A stretch of 64,000 nt of DNA from Candidatus Iainarchaeum sp. (GCA_043809245.1 JAZDDZ010000054.1:36838-100837), one strand, 5' to 3'. Counted from the stretch's first letter, positions 1-9,474 are shown. A program made the numbers and translations. Notes: generated by a model not told the origin, from the letters alone.

Positions 1-1277
1 AACCGGATGCGCCGAGCAACGGAATACAGCAGGCCGAGCCACAGCAGGAAACCGCTTTCTTCCAAAGCAACTGCAATGGCCTGGCAATCGCAACAGAAGG
101 AATCTCGGTTGAATCAGGGGGAATTGCCAAAAAGAATTTTTTGCTTAAAAATTTCGGCGCGGAAAAATTCTACATTGATTCCGTTGAAGTGAATGGCAGT
201 TCCGGCAAATTCGGCGTTGCGCCGTCCTATTCGCCTTCATTTGTTTTCGCGGGCTCGGAATCGCTGATAGGCGTGGCGGTTTCAGCGGAAAGCGTTGAAA
301 GTGACGCTGTTGGAAGCGCAACAGTAAAGGTCAAAGGGCATTACGCTGGCGGGGTTTACTGCGAGGCGGGTCCCGAGGAGTTTTATGTTTTTGTTGAGGC
401 TGTAAAAAAGCCGGCTTGCCCTAATGTTTCCATTAAAACACCCGCAACAGTTGAGGCTGTAGGAACAGCAGCCGCGTTTTCATTCACAGCGGAAAATTCA
501 GCTGACAGGCAGGCAATTGTTTCATTGAGCGGAAAAAATTTGGATGTTGAAAACAATTCATTTGCAATTGCGCCGAACACGGTTGCCGAAAGGGCTGTGC
601 TTGCGGAAAACCTTTCCGCAGAAGCGGGATGGGTTATCTTCTCAATCTCGGTTCCTGGCAGTGGATGCGAATATCTCCAAAAAACCACAAAAATACTTGG
701 CGAAAAAAAAGCAGAAGCGCAGGGGGAAGGCCCAGGATTGGTGGAAGGAATTGAGCTTGTAAGCTTCACTGAAAGAGCGGACATGAATAACTCTGCGCTG
801 ATTGAGGTTGTTTTGAAAAACAATTCAGCGGAAAACGCAAATGTTTCGCTTGGCATTAAGGGTTTGCCTGAAGGGTTTTATGTTAGGGGCATTGAAAGCG
901 TGCTGCCTTCAGGGGCAAGCCGCTCTTTTTTCATTGAAGTGAAAACAAACAATGCGCAGAAAGGCCTTTCAACAGGAATACTTGAAGTGGTTTCAGGGGA
1001 GCGCGTTTTTGAAAGGGGCGTGCAATTCAATGTGCTTGGCGGGATAAGCATTGAAGAGCCGGAGGAAGGCACAGGGGAAACCGCTGACCAGAACACGATA
1101 ATCGTTCCACTGCAGAAAATTGCGGCAAGCGCTTTTGCGGTTCTTTCAAATAATTCGCTTGCATTAGGAGTTCTTGTCTTGGCTATACTTGTTATTGCAC
1201 TGCTCTATGTTAACGCAAAAGAAACAGAAAAAGACATGAAGAACGCGGAGAAATGGCGCGGCAGCAATAAGGAATAA
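1..1277 (+). CDS. 5'-truncated cell-surface protein with a C-terminal transmembrane anchor (frame open to the window edge)
   Basis: The ORF frame has no stop back to nt 3. Repetitive beta-rich N-terminal region. The C-terminus LALGVLVLAILVIALLYV is followed by a charged tail, typical of a C-anchored archaeal surface/S-layer-like protein. Confidence 0.45.
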   Translation, partial: PDAPSNGIQQAEPQQETAFFQSNCNGLAIATEGISVESGGIAKKNFLLKNFGAEKFYIDSVEVNGSSGKFGVAPSYSPSFVFAGSESLIGVAVSAESVESDAVGSATVKVKGHYAGGVYCEAGPEEFYVFVEAVKKPACPNVSIKTPATVEAVGTAAAFSFTAENSADRQAIVSLSGKNLDVENNSFAIAPNTVAERAVLAENLSAEAGWVIFSISVPGSGCEYLQKTTKILGEKKAEAQGEGPGLVEGIELVSFTERADMNNSALIEVVLKNNSAENANVSLGIKGLPEGFYVRGIESVLPSGASRSFFIEVKTNNAQKGLSTGILEVVSGERVFERGVQFNVLGGISIEEPEEGTGETADQNTIIVPLQKIAASAFAVLSNNSLALGVLVLAILVIALLYVNAKETEKDMKNAEKWRGSNKE

Positions 1278-1568
1278 ATACTGCTTTAAACTATTTATTG
1301 GCATGCGGCCGCCAAGGAAAAAACGCCAACAAACAAAAATTCCCAGAAAGAGGCTGACTGAAGAGCAACGCACAGTATTACACCGCTCCATTGCAAAAGT
1401 GAAAAAGGGAAAGCCACTTACCACTGAAGAAAGGAATATATACAATAGGTTCCGTGCATGGCATAATAAGCATACAAAATAATGGTAAGCGCAAAGGCCT
1501 CTGCTTTTTTTAAAAAAAACCGAATCGTAAAGTATTTAAAGCTGAACTGCGTTATTAGATAAATCAAA

Positions 1569-3293
1569 ATGCGCGGAAAAAAGGTTTTTTTGGTTTTATT
1601 CTTTACAGCATTGCTTTTGGCAATTGCCTCTGCTGACACTTACCGCATTACAATAACGCCTCAAGCCGCAGTGCCTGACATAACCCCGCCAGTGATTTCC
1701 AGCGTGGCTTCCTCTTCAGTTGACCGCAATTCAGCGGTTATTACCTGGGCCACAAACGAGTCCTCTGATTCAAACGTGCTTTACGGCAAAACAAGCGCAA
1801 ACAAGAACCAAAGCAAATACTCTTTAACCATGGTTTTATCGCATTCAGTTTCCCTTACTTTGCTGGATGCAAACACCACTTATTATTATGCGGTCAAAAG
1901 CTGCGATGCAAACCATAACTGTGCCACTTCAAGCGAAAGCACGTTTAAGACAACAAGCTGTTCAGTCGGGCGCATTCTCTGCGGCAGCACATGCGTATTG
2001 CCTGCATGCAATGTGAACAGCGACTGCCCAAGCGACAACAACAGCACGACAACAGAGGTATGCAACAATCCAGGAACTTGCACAGCGTCCTGCGCGTCAG
2101 TGCCGCTACAGGCATGCCCTTCGGGAACAGCAATCAGCGCGCCATGCAGGTGCGGAAGCACAATAATAAGCAGCGGATTGTGCTGCAGCGGCACCCCAAA
2201 AATTCCCTGCACAAATGCCTCGGAATGCAATGACAATGATGTTTGCACAAACGACTCCTGCCTTAACCCGGGAACATGCAGTGCGGCTTGCACTAATGCA
2301 ACGGTTCCAAACTGCGTTCCACCACCAGTGTGCGGGGATGGAACATGCAGTGGAGGCGAAACTTGCTCTTCCTGTTCCAATGACTGCGGGGGATGCCCTG
2401 CAACACAGGTTTGCGGTGACGGAAGCTGCAGCGGAACAGAGGACTGCTCTTCATGCTCTAGCGACTGCGGCTCCTGCGGAACAGGGCCTGGCGGTTCGCC
2501 CGGTTCAAGCACTGGAACAGTTGCGCGTTGCGGCAACGGCTTGTGTGAAAGGGGCGGAGGAGAGAACACGCTTAACTGCCTTATTGACTGCGGAAACCAG
2601 AATGTTTTGGCGCAAATGGACAGCGACAATGACGGAAGCACTGCTGACAAGGACTGCGATGACAAGAATCCCGCTGTAAAGGAATGCACTGGCTGCATGA
2701 TCTGCAAAAAGAATGCCTGTGTTGAAACCGCTGCATGCGGAAATATTTCTTTGGATGACTCTGATGGGGACGGCTTGACCAATGCAAGGGAAGCCGAACT
2801 AGGCACAAATCCCAATGAAATTGACTCAGACAAGGACACTGTTAGCGACGGACAGGAAGGCCAGGACGGAACAGACCCCTTGGATGAAACAAGCAACCTT
2901 GTGAGGGTGCATGCTTTTGGAATAATAGATGTTAATGCAGTGCAGCAAATAACTTTGTCACACCCGAAAACAGGGAACGTGCGCGGATTTTACGTTGACA
3001 TAATTTCGCCGAGCGGAAGGATTTTCCATTTGCAGGCGGAGGATGACACTATAAGCTTTACGGTTAGCGAGCCGGGAAAATACATTGTGAAAGCATACAA
3101 GGAAGGGTTAAAGGATGAGACAACTTTCACTGTTAAAAAAGAAGGCGAAGTTGTGTTGCCTGGTTTGCCAGGGCAGCCGCAGACAATAGCGCCTTGGTGG
3201 CTGTTTGTCTTGCCGGTTATTTCAGCGGCGGTAAGCGCAGCGATTCTTTACGGCTATCTGGTCAGAAGGAAAAGGCTTGCGGGACAGGGATAA
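1569..3293 (+). CDS. Secreted Cys-rich surface protein with a C-terminal TM anchor: signal peptide, FN3-like domain, two tandem 6-Cys modules, and Asp-rich Ca-binding-like repeats
   Basis: N-terminal MRGKKVFLVLFFTALLLAIASA signal. VITWATNESSDSNVLYGKT is FN3-like. Tandem CGDGTCSGGETCSSCSNDCGGCP / CGDGSCSGTEDCSSCSSDCGSCG modules. DSDGDGLTNAREAELGTNPNEIDSDKD thrombospondin-type-3-like repeats. C-terminal hydrophobic helix followed by RRKR. Confidence 0.6.
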   Translation: MRGKKVFLVLFFTALLLAIASADTYRITITPQAAVPDITPPVISSVASSSVDRNSAVITWATNESSDSNVLYGKTSANKNQSKYSLTMVLSHSVSLTLLDANTTYYYAVKSCDANHNCATSSESTFKTTSCSVGRILCGSTCVLPACNVNSDCPSDNNSTTTEVCNNPGTCTASCASVPLQACPSGTAISAPCRCGSTIISSGLCCSGTPKIPCTNASECNDNDVCTNDSCLNPGTCSAACTNATVPNCVPPPVCGDGTCSGGETCSSCSNDCGGCPATQVCGDGSCSGTEDCSSCSSDCGSCGTGPGGSPGSSTGTVARCGNGLCERGGGENTLNCLIDCGNQNVLAQMDSDNDGSTADKDCDDKNPAVKECTGCMICKKNACVETAACGNISLDDSDGDGLTNAREAELGTNPNEIDSDKDTVSDGQEGQDGTDPLDETSNLVRVHAFGIIDVNAVQQITLSHPKTGNVRGFYVDIISPSGRIFHLQAEDDTISFTVSEPGKYIVKAYKEGLKDETTFTVKKEGEVVLPGLPGQPQTIAPWWLFVLPVISAAVSAAILYGYLVRRKRLAGQG

Positions 3294-3551
3294 AAGCGGT
3301 TTCGCTTATAACGTTTGGCTTGCGGAAACCATCCGGCACAAGCTTTAAATACCTTTTTGATGCAAATATCTTAAGTTTAAAGCAAACTGTATCTTTGGAG
3401 AGCCTCCAAGGATATAACTGCCGAAAAACAGCGTTTTCAACGAGTTTTTTGGTTTTTTAACCCCCTATGCAGGGCAGGTATTTGCTTTGATGCATTATAC
3501 TTGGCTTTGCCTTTTTGCTTTATAACCGCAATGAAAGGATTGGTTTAAGGA

Positions 3552-4721
3552 ATGACGAAGCGTTCAAGGCCCAGATCCGGCTCAATGGGTGTATACCCTA
3601 GAGTCAGGGCCAAGAAAATTGTTGCCACTTTTAGCACTTATCCGGCTGTTGACGGCGAGGTCAAGCCATTGAATTTTTTCGGCTACAAGGCAGGAATGGT
3701 TCACGCAATGGCCTTGGATGATCACCAGAAAGCGGTTTCATTCGGCCAGCAGATTGTGGTGCCGTGCACTGTGATTGAATGCCCACCATTAAAGGTTTTC
3801 GGGGTAAGGGCATACAAGAAAACCCATTATGGCCTGGAGGCCGCGGGAGACGTGCTTGCTGAAAAGGTTGAAAAGCATTTCAAAAAAAGGGTTAAGAATT
3901 TTTTGCAGAAGTCCAAGAAAAACAAGGAAAAGAAAAAAGAGGAAGGAAAAAAATTCGCTGATTTGGAGAAAGAAAAAGAAGCGATTTCCGAGATAAGATT
4001 GCTTGTGCACGCGCAGCCATACCTTACAACGATAGGGAAAAAGTCGCCTGAGGCAATTGAACTCAAGCTGAACGGCAGCGTTGAGCAGCAGCTTGTGTTT
4101 GCAAAGCAGAAGCTTGGGGGAGAAATTTCATTAAAGGATGTTTTCAAGGAAAAGCAGTTTGTGGACGTGAAAGCCGTAAACAAGGGAAAGGGCTTTCAGG
4201 GAGTGATTAAGAGGTTTGGCGTGAAACAGCACAGGCCGAAAGCGAAAAAAAGAAGGATTGTCGGAAGCATTGGGCCTTGGAACCCGAGCACAGTGATGTA
4301 CACTGTTGCAAGGGCAGGCCAGATGGGATTCCATTCAAGAACCGAATACAATAAGAGGGTTATTGCAATAGGGAATGATGCTGAAGGCATTAATCCCGGA
4401 GCGGGTTTCAGGAATTACGGCCTGGTGAAAAACGAGTTCTTGGTTTTGGCTGGCTCGCTTCCAGGTCCCGCGAAAAGGATTATCGCGTTAAGGGAGCCGA
4501 TAAGGCCTGTTCCGTTGGAAAGGTTTAACGTGAAGGATATTTCATTCGCAATAGGTGCAAGGAAAAAAGGCGCGGAAGCAAAACCGGTTGCAGAGGAAGA
4601 GGAAAAAATCGCCACAAAAGTTGAAATAAAGAAAGAGGAGAAAAAGGGGCATAAAAGCGTTGAAGAGGAAATAGCTGCAGCGGCGAAAGGCGCGGAAAAA
4701 AAGGAAAAGAAGAAAGAGTGA
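3552..4721 (+). CDS. rpl3: Ribosomal protein uL3 with K/E-rich insertion and tail
   Basis: MTKRSRPRSGSMGVYPRVRAKK...FGYKAGMVH is a typical archaeal L3 N-terminus. An internal KKNKEKKKEEGKK insert and a C-terminal EEEEK...KKEKKKE tail are present. Confidence 0.9.
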   Translation: MTKRSRPRSGSMGVYPRVRAKKIVATFSTYPAVDGEVKPLNFFGYKAGMVHAMALDDHQKAVSFGQQIVVPCTVIECPPLKVFGVRAYKKTHYGLEAAGDVLAEKVEKHFKKRVKNFLQKSKKNKEKKKEEGKKFADLEKEKEAISEIRLLVHAQPYLTTIGKKSPEAIELKLNGSVEQQLVFAKQKLGGEISLKDVFKEKQFVDVKAVNKGKGFQGVIKRFGVKQHRPKAKKRRIVGSIGPWNPSTVMYTVARAGQMGFHSRTEYNKRVIAIGNDAEGINPGAGFRNYGLVKNEFLVLAGSLPGPAKRIIALREPIRPVPLERFNVKDISFAIGARKKGAEAKPVAEEEEKIATKVEIKKEEKKGHKSVEEEIAAAAKGAEKKEKKKE

Positions 4722-4731
4722 ATGGGAAAAC

Positions 4732-5550
4732 GTGAAGTTTATGGCATTGAAAGCGGTTGTGCATTCCCTGGATGGAAAGGAATTGAAGGAGATAAGCCTG
4801 CCGGAGGCATTTGAAGCGGAGATAGATGAAGCGCTCATCAAGAGAGCCGTGCTTTCAATTCAGAGCGCGAGGGTGCAGAGGAAAGGCGCAAGCCATGCAG
4901 CGGGAAGGGATTACGCGATATTCTTCTCTGCGCTGAGGTCAAAGCCAAGCATGTACCGCGTAATAAACACCGAGCATGCAAGGCTGCCTAGGCTGAAAAA
5001 CAGGCGCTATCCCCTGAGCGGAAGGGTTGCCGGGGTTTCGCATGCAGTTAAGGGAACAAGGGCGCACCCCCTGAAGCCGGAAAAGAATCCAGCGGAAAAA
5101 ATAAACAAAAAAGAGAAAAAAAAGGCAACTGCTTCAGCGATTGCGGCAACTGCAAAGCCCGAGCTTGTGAAGAAAAGGGGGCATTTGTTTGCAAAGGACA
5201 CAAGGCTTCCGTTGGTTGTGGAGGACAAATTCGAGGAATTGAAGAAGACAAGGGAAGTCGTGCACGCGCTTGAAAAGCTTAACTTGTTTGAAGACGTGGA
5301 GAAAGTGAAAAAGAAGAAGAAAAAGGTGCGCGCGGGAAAGGGAAAAAAGCGCGGAAGAAAATACAAGGGCGGCAAAAGTGTTTTGATTGTAACGGGAAAA
5401 AACGCCTCTGTTTTCAATGCCGCGAGAAACCTGCCTGGAGTGGAGATAGTCGAGGCAAGGAATCTGAACGCGGAACTTTTGGCGCCGGGAGCGGTTCCTG
5501 GAAGGCTAACGCTTTGGACAGAGAGCGCATTGAAGTTTTTGGGAAAGTGA
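4732..5550 (+). CDS. rpl4: Ribosomal protein uL4 (L1e)
   Basis: L4 family similarity (RKGASHAAGRDYA...). K-rich inserts. Position after rpl3. Confidence 0.88.
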   Translation: MKFMALKAVVHSLDGKELKEISLPEAFEAEIDEALIKRAVLSIQSARVQRKGASHAAGRDYAIFFSALRSKPSMYRVINTEHARLPRLKNRRYPLSGRVAGVSHAVKGTRAHPLKPEKNPAEKINKKEKKKATASAIAATAKPELVKKRGHLFAKDTRLPLVVEDKFEELKKTREVVHALEKLNLFEDVEKVKKKKKKVRAGKGKKRGRKYKGGKSVLIVTGKNASVFNAARNLPGVEIVEARNLNAELLAPGAVPGRLTLWTESALKFLGK

Positions 5551-5556
5551 ATGTAA

Positions 5557-6009
5557 ATGGCTGCGAAAAAAGAAGGGAAAAAGAAGGAACACGAGGGCAA
5601 GGGAAAGCCCGCGCAGAAAAAGGAAAAAAAGGCGGAGAAAAAAACAGCCACTGCAAAAAAAGAGGAAGCGAAAAAGGTTGCGATTGAGAAAAAGGAGATT
5701 GTGGAGAAAGTGAAGGAGGAAGCGAAAAAGATTTCCATTGAAGAGCAGCTTAATGCGCTTGAAATTTTAAAGTACCCCTTGATTTCGGAGAAAGCGGTTA
5801 ACATGATTGAATCCGAGAACAAGCTTTGCTTTATAGTTGACCAGCGGGCTTCAAAGGCGGATGTAAAGAAAGCCGTTGAAGGGCTTTACGCTGTAAAGGT
5901 TGACAGGGTTAACATTATTCACGACATGAGGGCGAGAAAAAAGGCCTTGGTGAAAATAAACAAGGCATTCAAGGCGCAGGATGTTGCTACAAAACTTGGT
6001 GTATTGTAA
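5557..6009 (+). CDS. rpl23: Ribosomal protein uL23 with an N-terminal K/E-rich extension
   Basis: ILKYPLISEKAVNMIESENKLCFIVD...KADVKKAVEGLYAVKV core. Conserved position. Confidence 0.85.
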   Translation: MAAKKEGKKKEHEGKGKPAQKKEKKAEKKTATAKKEEAKKVAIEKKEIVEKVKEEAKKISIEEQLNALEILKYPLISEKAVNMIESENKLCFIVDQRASKADVKKAVEGLYAVKVDRVNIIHDMRARKKALVKINKAFKAQDVATKLGVL

Positions 6010-6735
6010 ATGGCAAAGAGAATAAAGTCCCAGAGGGCTGGAAAGGGAAGCCCGACGTTCATGGCGACAAAGAACGGAGTAGCGGACATCAAGTACATTA
6101 CGGTTGGAGAAAAGCAGAGGGACGGAGTGTTAAAGGGAGAGGTAATTGACTTGGTTAACGACCCCGGAAGGACAAGTGTTCTCGCAAAAATAGTGTTCGA
6201 GGACGGAAGAGAGGAGTTTGTGATTGCTGCAGAGGGATTAGGTGTCGGCGACAGGATAGCGTACGGCAGGAAAGCAGGCCTTGCCATTGGAAATGTTTTG
6301 CCTTTAGGTGAATTGGTTGAAGGAGCACCTGTGTTCAACATAGAGAAAGAAATGGGTGATGGGGGAAGGATTGCCCGCGCCTCGGGGCTTTATGCTTTGA
6401 TTATGGCAAAGGACAAGGCAGGGGTAAGCGTTAAATTGCCTTCCGGCAAAATAATTGTTCTGCCGCACGAGTCCAGGGCGACTGTTGGATGCTGCGCCGC
6501 CGGGGGAAGGCCTGAAAAGCCCTTGCTTAAGGCCGGAAGCAACTGGCATAAGTTTCACGCGCGCGGCCACAAGTATCCGGGAGTACGCGGCGTTGCACAG
6601 AACCCATTGTCGCATCCATTTGGCGGTTACCAGCATCATCCTGGAAAGTCAAAGAGCACTTCAAGGCACGCTCCGCCCGGAAGAAAAGTGGGAGCGATTG
6701 CATCAAAGAGGACTGGAAGGAGAAAAAAGAATTAA
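6010..6735 (+). CDS. rpl2: Ribosomal protein uL2
   Basis: MAKRIKSQRAGKGSPTF...GRPEKPLLKAGSNWHKFHARGHKYPGVRGVAQNPLSHPFGG. Confidence 0.92.
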   Translation: MAKRIKSQRAGKGSPTFMATKNGVADIKYITVGEKQRDGVLKGEVIDLVNDPGRTSVLAKIVFEDGREEFVIAAEGLGVGDRIAYGRKAGLAIGNVLPLGELVEGAPVFNIEKEMGDGGRIARASGLYALIMAKDKAGVSVKLPSGKIIVLPHESRATVGCCAAGGRPEKPLLKAGSNWHKFHARGHKYPGVRGVAQNPLSHPFGGYQHHPGKSKSTSRHAPPGRKVGAIASKRTGRRKKN

Positions 6736-6745
6736 AGGTGAATGA

Positions 6746-7150
6746 ATGGCAAAACAGTTTACTTTCCGCGGAAAAACAATCGAGGAACTCAATGCGTTAA
6801 GCATAGAGGAGTTCTCAAAGCTCGTCACGTCAAGGGCGAGAAGGACGCTTAAGAGAAAGGACTTCAAAAAGTTCCTGAAGAAAATCGAGAAGGCAAGGCA
6901 GGCAAAGGCAGGCGGAAAGGATGTCAAGCCAGTGAAAACGCACAGGCGCGACACAATTGTTGTTCCTGCAATGGTGGGATTGAAGGTCGGCATTCACGCC
7001 GGAAAGGAATTCCAGACAGTTGAAATCACTGAGAAAATGCTTGGGCATTTTTTGGGGGAATTTGCGCTTACAAGGAAAAGATTGTTGCACGGAAAAGCCG
7101 GAATAGGCGCCACAAGGTCAAGCACTGCGCTTGTGTCGGCAAGAGGATAA
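6746..7150 (+). CDS. rps19: Ribosomal protein uS19
   Basis: HRRDTIVVPAMVGLKVGIHAGKEFQTVEI...HGKAGIGATRSS. Confidence 0.9.
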   Translation: MAKQFTFRGKTIEELNALSIEEFSKLVTSRARRTLKRKDFKKFLKKIEKARQAKAGGKDVKPVKTHRRDTIVVPAMVGLKVGIHAGKEFQTVEITEKMLGHFLGEFALTRKRLLHGKAGIGATRSSTALVSARG

Positions 7151-7161
7151 AGAAAAAAACA

Positions 7162-7641
7162 GTGAACAAAATGGTGAAGAAAAATTACCAGATAGAGATT
7201 CCGAACGAGAAAAAGATAGCGAAAGCAGTTGCCAAGAATGCGCATGCCTCGCTGAAGTATTCAACGGAGCTCGTGAGGGAATTGAAGGGGCAAAGGCTTG
7301 ACAGGTCCATGGAATTCCTGCAGAGGATAATGGAGAAAAAAGAGCATTTGCCTTTAAGGAGATACAAGAAAAAGGTGCCGCACAGGAAAGGCGAAACAAA
7401 AAGCTTCACGAAAACAGGCCGCTATCCGGTCAAGACCGCGGGGATTTTTTCAAGCCTTTTGGAGTCTGTTAAGTCAAACGCGGATTACAAGGGCCTGGAC
7501 GCGGAGAATTTGCTGATAACGCACATGTTTGTTTCCCAGGGATTTGGAAGGATTGGATACCAGCCGCAGGGAAGGATTTCGGGAAAGGCAAGGAGAAAAA
7601 AGGCGGTTCACTTGGAAGTTGTTGTGACAGAGGCGAAATAA
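7162..7641 (+). CDS. rpl22: Ribosomal protein uL22
   Basis: NYQIEIPNEKKIAKAVAKNAHASLKYSTELVRELKG; operon position. Confidence 0.85.
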   Translation: MNKMVKKNYQIEIPNEKKIAKAVAKNAHASLKYSTELVRELKGQRLDRSMEFLQRIMEKKEHLPLRRYKKKVPHRKGETKSFTKTGRYPVKTAGIFSSLLESVKSNADYKGLDAENLLITHMFVSQGFGRIGYQPQGRISGKARRKKAVHLEVVVTEAK

Positions 7642-7653
7642 TTTTGTTTATGG

Positions 7654-8562
7654 GTGAAAGAAATGATTGAAAAGATTTTCATTGAGCAGGGAGTTAAAAG
7701 AGTGGAATTGGAGGAGTTCTTGAAGAAAGAGCTTGACCGAGCCGGCTTCACAAAGTCGGAGATACAGAAGACTCCGCTTGTAACGCGCATTATAGTCAAT
7801 GTCACAAGGCCCGGGCTTGCGATTGGGAAAAGCGGCGCAAACATAAGGCAGTTGACTGAGATAATCCATTCAAGGTTTGGAATTGAAAACCCGCAGCTTG
7901 AAATAAAGGAGATAACAAAGCCGGAGCTTGACGCAGCCGCAATGGTTAACAGGCTCAAGGCGCTTATTGAGCGAGGGCATTCATGGAGAAGCATTGCATA
8001 CAGGGTGGTAAATGACATTTCGATGGCTGGAGCGCAGGGCGTTGAATTGGTTGTTTCCGGAAAGCTCACGGGAAAAGGCGGAAGGAAGAAAAGGGTCAGG
8101 ATAGCGCAGGGATACATGAAGAAAGTCGGCGACCAGGCTTCGCTTGTTGATTATGCAAAGACAACGGCATATCCAAAGCCGGGTGCGATTGGGATAAAGC
8201 TAAAGCTTGTCAGGCCGGAAACAATTTTCCCGGACAAGGTTAATATTATTGAAATCATCAGGGCGAAAAAGGCAGCTGACTTCAAGGCAGCCAAGGCGCA
8301 GGAAGATAAAAAAGAGGAAGGCGCGGAGGCGGCCGAAGAAGGGAAAACCGAAGTGAAGGCAGCGGAAAAAAAAGAAGAGAAAGACGGAAAAAAGGACGCA
8401 GAGAAAAAGCACGAGGGAAAAAAAGAAGAAAAGCCCGCGGAAAAAAAACACGTTGAGAAGGCGGAGCACGAAAAGAAAGCCGAAGACAAAAAGCACGGGA
8501 AAAAAGAAGAGAAAGCCGAAAAAAAGAACGGGAAAGAAAAAGGAAAGGGCAAGGAAAAGTAA
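7654..8562 (+). CDS. rps3: Ribosomal protein uS3 with a ~95-aa K/E/A-rich C-terminal tail
   Basis: KH domain PLVTRIIVNVTRPGLAIGKSGANIRQLTEII. The tail is EDKKEEGAEAAEEGKTEVKAAEKKEEKDGKKDAEKK... Confidence 0.9.
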   Translation: MKEMIEKIFIEQGVKRVELEEFLKKELDRAGFTKSEIQKTPLVTRIIVNVTRPGLAIGKSGANIRQLTEIIHSRFGIENPQLEIKEITKPELDAAAMVNRLKALIERGHSWRSIAYRVVNDISMAGAQGVELVVSGKLTGKGGRKKRVRIAQGYMKKVGDQASLVDYAKTTAYPKPGAIGIKLKLVRPETIFPDKVNIIEIIRAKKAADFKAAKAQEDKKEEGAEAAEEGKTEVKAAEKKEEKDGKKDAEKKHEGKKEEKPAEKKHVEKAEHEKKAEDKKHGKKEEKAEKKNGKEKGKGKEK

Positions 8563-8581
8563 TGCAAAAAAAAGTGAGTGA

Positions 8582-8821
8582 TTGTTTATGGCTGCGGTGA
8601 AGAAAAAGGATTTGAGGGAAATGCCGAAAGCGGAACTAGAGGAAAAGCTTGCGGAGATAAGCATGGAGCTTGCAAAGGAAAGGGCAATGCTTGCCTCGGG
8701 AACAAGGCCTGAAAAGCCCGCGAAAATAAAGCAGTTAAGGAAAGGCATTGCAAGGATTAAGACTTTCCTGCACCAGAAAAAAATGGGTGAAGGAAATAAA
8801 AAGGATAAAGCAAAGGAGTGA
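8582..8821 (+). CDS. rpl29: Ribosomal protein uL29
   Basis: MAAVKKKDLREMPKAELEEKLAEISMELAKERA...KQLRKGIARIKT. Confidence 0.85.
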   Translation: MFMAAVKKKDLREMPKAELEEKLAEISMELAKERAMLASGTRPEKPAKIKQLRKGIARIKTFLHQKKMGEGNKKDKAKE

Positions 8822-9132
8822 CCAAGGGAATGAAGGATATCTGTGAGAAATGCGGCCTGCCAAAAAACATCTGTGTCTGCGAGGAAATCGAAAAGGAAAC
8901 GCAGAAAATCAGGATTAGGACGCTTTCAAGGAGATTCGGGAAAATCGTCACAATCGTAAGTGGCCTTACGGACAAGGAGCAGGCAAAAGAGCTCGAGAAG
9001 ACGCTGAAAAGAAAGCTTGCGTGCGGCGGAACATTAAAGGGAAGCGAAATAGTATTGCAGGGCGAACACAGGAAAAAAGTCAACGAAATATTGCTAAAGG
9101 AAGGGTTCAAACAGGAGTTGATTGAAGCATAA
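8818..9132 (+). CDS. Translation initiation factor SUI1 (aIF1)
   Basis: CEKCGLPKNICVCEE...IRIRTLSRRFGKIVTIVSGL...KLACGGTLKGSEIVLQGEHRKKV. Conserved archaeal position between rpl29 and rnp1. Confidence 0.8.
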   Translation: MTKGMKDICEKCGLPKNICVCEEIEKETQKIRIRTLSRRFGKIVTIVSGLTDKEQAKELEKTLKRKLACGGTLKGSEIVLQGEHRKKVNEILLKEGFKQELIEA

Positions 9133-9162
9133 AAAATTTTGGTAACTTGTGAAGTGGTTTTT

Positions 9163-9474
9163 ATGGCTGTGAAAGGAAAAGGATATGAAATCAATGCGCG
9201 GAATTTGCTTGCGCATGAATTGATTGGCCTGCAGGCAGAGGTAATCGAAAGCACCGACAGGGGAAGAAAGGGAATCAAAGGCCGGGTTGTTGATGAGACA
9301 ATGAACGTGCTTGTTGTTGAAACCGTGAAAGGGGAGAAAAAGGTTCCGAAAAAAGAGGCAGGGTTTGTTTTTGACCTTGAAGGGGAAAAGGCGTTTGTAG
9401 AGGGCGCATTGCTTTTGGCAAGGCCGGAGGACAGGGTCAAGGTTTTTGTGAAAAAATTCAAAAAGGCATTTTGA
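9163..9474 (+). CDS. rnp1: RNase P protein component 1 (Rpp29/Pop4)
   Basis: LIGLQAEVIESTDRGRKGIKGRVVDETMNVLVVET matches the Rpp29 core. Canonical location between rpl29/SUI1 and rps17. Confidence 0.7.
   Translation: MAVKGKGYEINARNLLAHELIGLQAEVIESTDRGRKGIKGRVVDETMNVLVVETVKGEKKVPKKEAGFVFDLEGEKAFVEGALLLARPEDRVKVFVKKFKKAF

Noticed and set aside
1886-2896. 336-aa minus-strand ORF inside the Cys-rich surface gene
   Set aside because: Antisense of a GC-rich Cys/Gly codon region. The plus-strand product has a signal peptide, Cys modules and a TM anchor, while the antisense product has no features.
3294-3551. Possible tRNA or ncRNA in the spacer before rpl3 (GGTTTCGC...GCGGAAACC inverted repeat)
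   Set aside because: Only a single imperfect hairpin followed by T-rich sequence, with no cloverleaf. More likely a terminator/promoter region for the r-protein operon.
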